From assembly GCA_038248205.1 (NCBI GenBank), contig JBBRUC010000004.1:18-64017 (forward strand): 64,000 nt of DNA, read 5' to 3'. The stretch comes from Thermoanaerobaculia bacterium (GTDB taxonomy: Bacteria > Acidobacteriota > Thermoanaerobaculia > Multivoradales > UBA5704). A program made the position numbers and the translations under genes. Position 1 is the first letter of the stretch. Each line of letters starts with the position of its first letter. Below the pieces are notes generated by a model. The model did no database searches and was not told the DNA's origin. It was given only the letters and a program-made list of their open reading frames with translations. Positions 25,902 to 33,358 of the stretch are shown here, one piece after another.

Positions 25902-25975
25902 CTCCGCCGGGGTGGCGGAGTGGGGCGAAGGCGAGAGCGCGGCGGCGGGCGGTTTGGAGGATTTGGCGGAGCGGC

Positions 25976-27094
25976 TCAAGCGGCCTTCCGCTCGACCGGT
26001 GCTACCTCCGGATACTGCTCGAACAGGCGCATCCACTGGCTGTTCTTGGTGTACTCGGCGGTGCGCTTCTTGCCGATCGTCGGGTACCAGATGTAGTCGT
26101 GGTAGAAGTACGACCCGAATACGAACAGATTGACCAGCGGGGTGTGGAAGAACAGGTTCTGGAGCCCCTTAAACGGCCCGAACCAGATCGCGTCGCCGAT
26201 CCGGGAGGCTGAGTTGTCGCCCACCGTGAACTTGAAGTTCATGTTCGAGATGTCCATGCCAACCACCTCGATGTCGCGCGGGTCGCCGCAGCCCAAACCC
26301 GCCTCGTGAGCCAGACGGATGTACTTGATCGACATCGGGTCAAAGCCCATCAGCTTGGCCGCCACGGCGTCGATCGCCACCTGATCGCCGGAAGCGAGCA
26401 TCAGGTTCTTCTCGACCGGAATCATCGTCCGCGGTCCCGGGCCGTTGCCGCAGGTCGTCCCGTCTTTGACCGCGAAGATTCCGCTGTGGATCTCTTTCTG
26501 GATCGTCAGCAGATCGACCAGCGTCTCGTGAATCCAGCTATGGGTGTAGTGGCGCCGGGTGTTCAGCAGGCCGCCGAACGCGTTCTTCATCGCGCCGGTG
26601 GTCGTCGTGTAGATATGGCACTTGACGGTCGGCAGGTGGACGATGTTCTTGCCCAGGAAGAACTCGGGGATGGTGATCCCCTCGGGGTAGATCTTGGGCA
26701 GAACCAGCATCTTCCCCTTCGGCTTGTAGGTGATCCACTTCAAGTCGTCGGCGAAGCAGTTGTAGCGCACCGGCACGCCGTACTGGTCGAGAATCGGCAG
26801 GTAGCGGTTCAGCCGCTCGCCCTTTTTCGGGTCGGTCACCACCGTGTTGTTCTGGACGCAGACCAGGTCCGAGTAGCCGTCGGCCCGCAGCTTTTGGATC
26901 GTCCCTTCGAGCTGCCACGGGGTCGTGTTGGCGCCCGGGAACGGGAAGTGCCAGGAGATGTTGTCCTTGAGGATCGTCGTGGCCTTGGGATCGAGGTACT
27001 TCTTCACCTCGGCCAATTCCATCGTGCGTCCGACGTCTTCGAGGACCGTGTCCGGCTTCGTCTCGAGGATGGCGACGCGAGCTTTCGTAGGCAT
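25976..27094 (-). CDS. DUF362 domain-containing protein
   Basis: VAILETKPDTV...VCVQNNTVV...VHLPTVKCHIYTTTTGAMKNAFGG...FAVKDGTTCGNGPGPR...ASGDQVAIDAVAAKLMGFDP matches the DUF362 layout. Starts at ATG 27094. Confidence 0.8.
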   Translation of the reverse strand: MPTKARVAILETKPDTVLEDVGRTMELAEVKKYLDPKATTILKDNISWHFPFPGANTTPWQLEGTIQKLRADGYSDLVCVQNNTVVTDPKKGERLNRYLPILDQYGVPVRYNCFADDLKWITYKPKGKMLVLPKIYPEGITIPEFFLGKNIVHLPTVKCHIYTTTTGAMKNAFGGLLNTRRHYTHSWIHETLVDLLTIQKEIHSGIFAVKDGTTCGNGPGPRTMIPVEKNLMLASGDQVAIDAVAAKLMGFDPMSIKYIRLAHEAGLGCGDPRDIEVVGMDISNMNFKFTVGDNSASRIGDAIWFGPFKGLQNLFFHTPLVNLFVFGSYFYHDYIWYPTIGKKRTAEYTKNSQWMRLFEQYPEVAPVERKAA

Positions 27095-27224
27095 GGGGTT
27101 CTCCGGTGCGAGACCACGAAACGGCGCTCCCTCGAACCGTGGGGCGCCGGACAAAGGAACAGGGGACGGTGGCGGCTCGAAAATCCCGTCGAAACTTGAA
27201 CGGGAGCCCGATTATAGCGGGTCT

Positions 27225-28001
27225 ATGAGAAGCTCGACTCCAATGCCCCCCGCGCTGGCTGTTGAGAACGTGGTCAAGGTCTACCCCGAGGGTACCCGGG
27301 CGCTCGACGGGGTGTCGTTCGAAGTGGCGGCGGGGGAGACGGTAGCCCTGGTGGGCGAGAGCGGCTCGGGCAAGACGACGCTGCTGCGCCTGTTCAACCG
27401 GCGGCTGGAACCGACCTCCGGCAAGGTCTTGGTGGCCGGCGAGGACATTGCGGGAGTAGACCCCGTGGCGCTCCGGCGGCGGCTCGGCTATGTGCCGCAG
27501 GACGGCGGCCTCTTGCCGCACTGGACGGTCGAGAAAAACATCGAGACGGTTCCCCGGTTGCTCGGGTGGGAAGCGCCCCGGCGGCGCGAGCGCGCCCGCG
27601 AGCTGCTCGAGCTGGTGGGCCTCTCCGATTCGGCCTATCCCGGTCGCTATCCGAGCGAGCTGTCCGGCGGCCAGCGCCAGAGGGTGGCGTTTGCCCGGGC
27701 GCTCGCCGCCGATCCGCCGATCGTGCTGCTCGACGAGCCGTTCGGCGCGCTCGATGCGCTCACCCGGCGCGAGTTGCACCTGCAATTCTCCGCATGGACC
27801 GCGGCGCTAGGCAAAGCCGCCGTTCTGGTCACCCATGATCTCGGCGAGGCGTTCCGGCTCGCGGTCCGGACGGGGGTGCTGCGCGCCGGGCGGTTGCTCC
27901 AGATCGGCACGCCCGAGGAGCTGGAGCGGCGGCCGGCCGACCCGTACGTCGAGGCGCTGCTCGATCTCGCGCTCTCGCGGCGGAGCGCGCATGAGTCATG
28001 A
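27225..28001 (+). CDS. ABC transporter ATP-binding protein (osmoprotectant/glycine-betaine type)
   Basis: Walker A GESGSGKTT, signature LSGGQRQRV, Walker B IVLLDEPF. ATGA overlap with the next gene. Confidence 0.9.
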   Translation: MRSSTPMPPALAVENVVKVYPEGTRALDGVSFEVAAGETVALVGESGSGKTTLLRLFNRRLEPTSGKVLVAGEDIAGVDPVALRRRLGYVPQDGGLLPHWTVEKNIETVPRLLGWEAPRRRERARELLELVGLSDSAYPGRYPSELSGGQRQRVAFARALAADPPIVLLDEPFGALDALTRRELHLQFSAWTAALGKAAVLVTHDLGEAFRLAVRTGVLRAGRLLQIGTPEELERRPADPYVEALLDLALSRRSAHES

Positions 28002-29620
28002 GTAGAGCCGCCGAGAGAGAATTTCGTAGGGGGGCAGCTTGCCTCCGCCCGGGGGCAGGCACGCTGCCCCCCTACGTCTTCGCCTGGCTGTTGCTGGGTC
28101 TGTTCGCCGCTTTTCCCCTCGCCGCGCGGGACTCGATCATCGTCGGCTCCAAGAACTTCGAGGAGAGCCGCCTGCTCGGCGAGGTGTTCGCCCAGCTGAT
28201 CGAGGCGCGGACGGGGCTTCGCGTCGAGCGGCGGTTGGGGATGGCCGGTACGCAGATCTGCTTCGAGGCGCTGCGCACCGGGGCGATCGACGTCTACCCT
28301 GAATACACCGGGACCGGCTTGGTCTCGATCCTGGGCGAAACCTCGACCGGTGGCCGGGCGGCGGCGCTCGTTCGGGTTCGCGCCGAGTTTCTCGATCGTT
28401 TCGACCTCCATTGGTTGGTACCGCTCGGCTTTGAAAACTCGTTCGAGATCGCGGTGCCCAAAGAGTTGGCCGAACGCGAGGGGATGCACACCCTCTCGGA
28501 TCTCGCGAAGATCGCGCCGCGATTGAAGGCGGGGTTCGGCCAAGAATTCGTCGGCCGCGACGATGGGCTGCCGGGGCTTGAGAAGACCTACGGCCTGCAC
28601 TTCGGCTCGGTCCGCTCGCTCGAACACGCGATCAAATACCAGGCGGCGGGCAGACGCGAGATCGACGCGCTCGATGTCTATACGACCGACGCCCGGCTGA
28701 TCGAGCACCGCCTCGTGGTGCTCACCGACGATCGCGATTTCTTCCCACCGTACGAGGCGGCGGCGCTCGTCCGCGGCGAGACGCTCCAGAAACACCCGGA
28801 GGTCGGCGCGGTGCTCGGGCTGCTCGCCGGGGCGTTCGACGAGGAGCGCATGCGGGCGGTCAATTTTCGGCTCGAACACGGAGAGAGCGAAACGGCGGTC
28901 GCCCGCGACGTTCTCGCCGAACTCGGTCTAGGGGCCGATCCCTCCGCGGCGCGAGCGCGCCCGCCGGAAGAGGGAAAAGCGCGCGAGCGGGCGGGGTTTT
29001 TCGCTTATCTGGTGGAAGAGCGCGCGGCCCTCTGGCGGCGGACTCTGGAGCACCTCGGCCTCTCGGGCCTCGCGCTGCTGCTTGGCGTCTTGGTCGCCGT
29101 GCCGTTCGGTCTGCTGCTCGAACGCCGCCGCCGCCTGGCCGAGCCGGCGATCCGCCTGCTCGGCATCACCCAGACGATCCCCTCGCTCGCGCTGCTCGCC
29201 TTCATGCTCCCCTGGCTCGGAATAGGAGCCCGCCCGGCGATCGTGGCGCTCTGGATCTACTCGCTGTTCCCGATCGTCCGCAATACCTACTCGGGAGTGC
29301 GGGACGCCGATCCCCGGGCGGTCGAAGCGGCGCTCGCCCTCGGCATGACCGAGGGGCAGGTGCTCCGCCAGGTGCGGCTGCCGCTCGCTCTGCCGATCGT
29401 TCTCGCCGGAATCCGCACCGCGGCGGTCTTGACGGTCGGTACCGCGACACTGGCCGCTTTCGTCGGAGCCGGAGGCCTGGGCGAGCCGATCATCACCGGC
29501 CTCCAGCTCGCCGACAACCGCCGCATCCTCTCCGGCGCGCTCCCGGCCGCCCTCTTGGCCGTAGGAGTCGACGCCCTGTTGGGAGCGCTCGAACGGGCGC
29601 TCCGGCCGCGCGGGCTGTAA
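27998..29620 (+). CDS. fused substrate-binding / permease protein of an osmoprotectant (OpuB/OpuC-like) ABC transporter
   Basis: The N-terminal half (IIVGSKNFEESRLLGEVFAQLIEA...DVYPEYTGT) is a glycine-betaine/choline-binding fold. The C-terminal half is a BPD-type permease (EAALALGMTEGQVLRQVRLPLALP). Confidence 0.9.
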   Translation: MSRAAEREFRRGAACLRPGAGTLPPYVFAWLLLGLFAAFPLAARDSIIVGSKNFEESRLLGEVFAQLIEARTGLRVERRLGMAGTQICFEALRTGAIDVYPEYTGTGLVSILGETSTGGRAAALVRVRAEFLDRFDLHWLVPLGFENSFEIAVPKELAEREGMHTLSDLAKIAPRLKAGFGQEFVGRDDGLPGLEKTYGLHFGSVRSLEHAIKYQAAGRREIDALDVYTTDARLIEHRLVVLTDDRDFFPPYEAAALVRGETLQKHPEVGAVLGLLAGAFDEERMRAVNFRLEHGESETAVARDVLAELGLGADPSAARARPPEEGKARERAGFFAYLVEERAALWRRTLEHLGLSGLALLLGVLVAVPFGLLLERRRRLAEPAIRLLGITQTIPSLALLAFMLPWLGIGARPAIVALWIYSLFPIVRNTYSGVRDADPRAVEAALALGMTEGQVLRQVRLPLALPIVLAGIRTAAVLTVGTATLAAFVGAGGLGEPIITGLQLADNRRILSGALPAALLAVGVDALLGALERALRPRGL

Positions 29621-29732
29621 CTGGCCTCGGCAAAGTCCTCGGCCGCCAGCGACTTTGGCAAGGCCGCGGGGGCTGTAGAGGCCGGCAGGGCGGATAGAAG
29701 GAGCGCCGCCGAAAGAAAGATCCGACGACTTA

Positions 29733-30875
29733 TCAAGGCTCCGCCGAGCAGCTATTCACCGGTGCCGCCGCCCAATCGAATCCCTGGTTCCAGGCGCTGT
29801 CCCGCAGCAGGTCGGCCCAGTTCACGTCGGCTTCAAGGATGTTGAAGTCGCTTACGACATCATCTACGTTCAGGAATGCCGCTCGTCGAAACTCCGATTC
29901 GCCCTGTTGATCCACGCCCGGCCGGATAGGGGGAAGTACATAAACACCGAGATGCGGATTCTGAGATTGCGAGCACCCGATTTGATCTTCAATCGGGCCA
30001 CCCGTGCAAAAGGGTAGGGCTTGAACGTCACCGATCGTGAGGCGCCCGGCCGAATCGACTTCGAGGTGGAACAGGAAGGCCGTATCCGCTTCGCCGTAGC
30101 TGCAATTGTCGTCATCGTCACAGGAAGCGAAGTAGGTAAAAAGGTTGATGCGATAGGAAAGGGGTTCTTCTCCACGGAAGATCACGCTCTTGTGGGGGAG
30201 GGGCCCAACCGGGCAACTGAACGGATCGCTCCAACACTCCGAAGCCCGTACGGTCCGGGCAAGGATCGAGAAGACGCGCAGATCGAACGGCGTGACCTCG
30301 TGGTGGCAGACCGACAAGAGGTCCGCGGTCACAAGGCCCCTGCCCGCGCGGTCGCTCTGCCCTTCGCCTGCGGCACGGCGACTGGTGATCGTGATCGGCA
30401 AGAGGAACTCTCCGGAGTCCGCGAGCACGGGCGCCAGATCGAAACCCACCCAGGTGTAAGGAATCGGAGCGTCGGCCGGGCGTAGATTCGATGCCGCATC
30501 CCGGCGGACGAGAGTCGCCTGGGGTAAAAGACGCCGCGAGGGATTGAGGAAATCTTCCTCTTGCTTAAGGATCAAGTCAAAGGCGACTTGCTCCTCGGTG
30601 CGTATTCTTTCTCCCAAGTTATCGTGGCGGAGAAAGCCAAAGCTCGCAACGCCGGGATACATTCCCCCGCTCTCCGCACCTCGCCAGAGATACAGGTTTG
30701 TGTCAAAGGCAGAGCCGCCGACGCTCATGCGAATGCGGCGAACCAGCCGATTGAGCTGGCGTTCCTCGCAGGCGACCTCTCCGGGAGTCAAGGTTCGGCC
30801 GAAGGGCTGAGCGGCGGCCGGTAGGGCGGATAGAAGCAGCGCCCCAACGATAAGGATCCTTTTTCGGTTCGTCAT
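29733..30875 (-). CDS. secreted protein of unknown family (paralog of 58143-59270)
   Basis: Signal peptide MTNRKRILIVGALLLSALPAAAQ. Blocks shared with the other copy: GEVACEERQLNRLV/EQVSCDQDQLNSLL, FLNPSRR/LLNPERP, VIFRGEE/AIFRGTD, VNWADLLRDSAWNQGFD/VDWADLLADTVWNGGVD. Confidence 0.7.
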   Translation of the reverse strand: MTNRKRILIVGALLLSALPAAAQPFGRTLTPGEVACEERQLNRLVRRIRMSVGGSAFDTNLYLWRGAESGGMYPGVASFGFLRHDNLGERIRTEEQVAFDLILKQEEDFLNPSRRLLPQATLVRRDAASNLRPADAPIPYTWVGFDLAPVLADSGEFLLPITITSRRAAGEGQSDRAGRGLVTADLLSVCHHEVTPFDLRVFSILARTVRASECWSDPFSCPVGPLPHKSVIFRGEEPLSYRINLFTYFASCDDDDNCSYGEADTAFLFHLEVDSAGRLTIGDVQALPFCTGGPIEDQIGCSQSQNPHLGVYVLPPIRPGVDQQGESEFRRAAFLNVDDVVSDFNILEADVNWADLLRDSAWNQGFDWAAAPVNSCSAEP

Positions 30876-30896
30876 TGTCGGCCTCTCGCGGGGAGT

Positions 30897-31337
30897 CTAG
30901 GGTAGTTGCGCCACATCTAGGAGAATGTCGAAGTCGTAGGCTGGTGACTGAATGGCGCAGTTGGCTGCGTTGGTGCATACCATGCACGCGGGAGCAGTGC
31001 AGGTTGGGTCGGTCTTCTTCCAGACCACCTTCTGCTGCTTCAGCTGAACCGTTGAAGCCGGATCGATCCATAGCACGACGAAGCTGCCGGGGCTGGCCCC
31101 GAGATTGACTGCGAAGGAGTCCTTGTAGCGCTTGGTGGCCTGGGTCCAGATGCGGCTGTCATATCCACCGAAGGAGAGGAACCGCGGTAGCCCCGTAATG
31201 ACATCGCGGGGACATCCTGTCGAGATATAGTCCTGTTCCCCATTGTCCGAATTGGCCTTTCGACATCTGGGCGTACTGTGGTGGCTGTAGAGAACGTATC
31301 GGCGTCCGTTTGTCCAGTCTGGTGTTTGGAGGCCCGC
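30897..31337 (-). other. 146-codon stop-free continuation, in frame with and directly after the TAG stop of the upstream gene; no canonical start codon
   Basis: My own codon-by-codon reading found no TTA, CTA or TCA triplet in this plus-strand frame between 30897 and 31338. The translation is protein-like: ...GGYDSRIWTQATKRYKDSFAVNLGASPGSFVVLWIDPASTVQLKQQKVVWKKTDPTCTAPACMVCTNAANC.... The longest ATG/GTG/TTG-started ORF is only 59 aa. Confidence 0.45.
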
Positions 31338-33098
31338 CTAATACCTGAACGAGCTGGTGTTCGACTCCCAAGGCACCCCATCCTTGGGATAGCGTGAGAT
31401 GTTTGTCACCCAGGCGGCGGGAGGTTCGGGTGTCGTCTGCGTGAGCTTGTCGAGGGGCAAAGTGTCAAAATAGGCTTGAAGTTTAACGAGCTGGTCGCGG
31501 ATCTGTTGGGTCACGGGGGAAACGAACCCGGTTTTCGAGTTGTAACTCCAGTTGTCGTAGGTACCCCCCTGGCCGAGCAGGAATTCCCATGCCTCGGCCC
31601 TCGACGAATCCGGGCGCGGAGTGGTGATGTTGTTCTGGAGTACGCCGTTTAAATGGCTACGGTCGCCCGCGCTGCCATCCACAGGGGTGATCTTCGTTTC
31701 GTTGAAGCCCAGAACTCTCATCTTCAAAGCGTAAGCGCGAGAGAGAAGGATTCCTCCGAGGTCCAGGGCTCGACTCGTCCCGCTCGGTAGTGTCTCGAGC
31801 CGGTCGGTCACCACGGTCGTGTAATGGCTGCTGACGATCGAGATCCGCGGATCCTGAAAGGCCAGGGTTGCGCCGGTTGCTGTCCACGGCTGAACCGCGA
31901 TCAGGTGGCGCCGCTGGAGCGAGCCGGTGGGGTTGGTGCCAGATTTCAGGTAGTCCTTCTCGATCTTTTCGACCTGGTCGATCATCGTCTTCTGCCAGGC
32001 GGCGACGGCGATCGGGTCGACTTTTTTATCCTCGGGCTCGTTGGCGATCTCGTACCAAACATTCTCGAAGCACCAAAGCTCGCGAATCGTCCAGAGGATC
32101 ACGTTGCGCTGGTAGTCGCGCATTCGCAGATTGCGGGCCGCGGCGACGCTGTCGTTCGTCGGGCCGGCGACCACGAAAAACTCTTTCTGGCTAAAGCCGA
32201 CTCGATCGAGCATGCCTTGGGCATTCAGTGCCTTTGCATGCCCCCCCGCGAAGGACCAGGGGCCACCATCGAAAGGCTTGCCTTGAAACGGCGCGAAGAA
32301 GGTGATCTCGACGACCAGGTCGAGCTGCCGCGCTTTGTTGACCACGGTGCGCAGGCGGTCGAAATAGTCATGGTTGTAGCCCTGTCCATCGGCGCCTCCG
32401 TCGAGCCGCCAATAGCCGGTTGCGGTCGCCGGGTCGCCTACCGTCTGAAATGGCACGTTCGCGGGATTCGTGTCCCCCGCCAGACTGACCCAGAGGCGCA
32501 GCTTGCGTAGCTGCGGAGGGGCGGTAGATGCAACGGGGCCGCGCAACTTGGTGAGCAATTCGGAGTAGTTGGCGGGCACCGCCGCCTGGGGTGGGGTCGC
32601 CGCGGGGTTGGCGTCGATCGCGGCGTGGCAGAAGTCCGGGTTGTTGAGCTTGTGATGGCAGGCCGCGTCCGCGGACCAGCCGACGTAGACGTTCGACTTG
32701 CCGCGGAACGAGAGGTAGCGAGGGTTCGATGCCGAGAGGCCGATCGGGGTGACCGACCGGCCGGTGCGCTGGAAGGTCTTGCAGTCGGGAACCTGTGCGG
32801 CAGCGTCTTCGACGGTGAAGAGGCCGAACGAGGGCCCGGTGCCGACCATCTCGGGGGGGTAATTGTTGGGATCGTCGAGCAGCGAGGGGTCGCCGTCGTA
32901 GGATTCCTGCGGCTCGCCGAGCTGCGACGTGTATTCGAGGAACGTCGGATCGAGCGACGAGCCGGGGTCTTCTTGGGGCTCGCCGGGATAGGGATCGTAG
33001 GTCGGTGGATCTTCCTCGGGGCCGGGAGGGGGCTGAGCATTAGCAGCCGAAGCCACGGCAATGAGCACGAAGAAAACAAGATGGCGTGGATAAAGCAT
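31338..33098 (-). CDS. secreted glycoside-hydrolase-like protein (GH5-like TIM-barrel motifs)
   Basis: Starts at ATG 33098. Signal peptide MLYPRHLVFFVLIAVASAANAQ and a Pro/Asp-rich linker. WYEIANEPE is a GH clan-A acid/base NEP motif, and LGFNETK is a possible nucleophile strand. The family call is tentative. Confidence 0.7.
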   Translation of the reverse strand: MLYPRHLVFFVLIAVASAANAQPPPGPEEDPPTYDPYPGEPQEDPGSSLDPTFLEYTSQLGEPQESYDGDPSLLDDPNNYPPEMVGTGPSFGLFTVEDAAAQVPDCKTFQRTGRSVTPIGLSASNPRYLSFRGKSNVYVGWSADAACHHKLNNPDFCHAAIDANPAATPPQAAVPANYSELLTKLRGPVASTAPPQLRKLRLWVSLAGDTNPANVPFQTVGDPATATGYWRLDGGADGQGYNHDYFDRLRTVVNKARQLDLVVEITFFAPFQGKPFDGGPWSFAGGHAKALNAQGMLDRVGFSQKEFFVVAGPTNDSVAAARNLRMRDYQRNVILWTIRELWCFENVWYEIANEPEDKKVDPIAVAAWQKTMIDQVEKIEKDYLKSGTNPTGSLQRRHLIAVQPWTATGATLAFQDPRISIVSSHYTTVVTDRLETLPSGTSRALDLGGILLSRAYALKMRVLGFNETKITPVDGSAGDRSHLNGVLQNNITTPRPDSSRAEAWEFLLGQGGTYDNWSYNSKTGFVSPVTQQIRDQLVKLQAYFDTLPLDKLTQTTPEPPAAWVTNISRYPKDGVPWESNTSSFRY

Positions 33099-33230
33099 TG
33101 GCCTTCCTCTCTGGCGGGCTGGCTGGAGCGTCAGTGATTTTTGTTGATCAATAGTTCCTAAGTCGTAGCGTAGCACATTTTCCGTCGACTTCGCGCGGCC
33201 CTAGATCCGCGAGCTAAATTTCGACAGGGC

Positions 33231-33260
33231 TTGACTGCGAACGCAGCTTTTGCGTAATAT
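33231..33260 (+). promoter_or_regulatory. sigma-70-like promoter TTGACT-N18-TAATAT
   Basis: TTGACT at 33231-33236 and TAATAT at 33255-33260, about 100 nt upstream of ATG 33359, in an AT-richer gap between divergent genes. Confidence 0.45.
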
Positions 33261-33358
33261 CCTGGGAGAATCACTGAACAGAGGAGCCGTAGCCACGCTC
33301 AAATCCGTTCGCGGGTGAGTTGGTTCGTGGGCCTGGCTCCGCACCGAGGAGCAATGCC

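Noticed and set aside
26538-28879. ORFs 26538-27785 (-, 415 aa) and 27647-28879 (-, 410 aa).
   Set aside because: They are antisense or off-frame to the DUF362 gene and the ABC transporter genes, which carry clear Walker, signature, substrate-binding and permease motifs.
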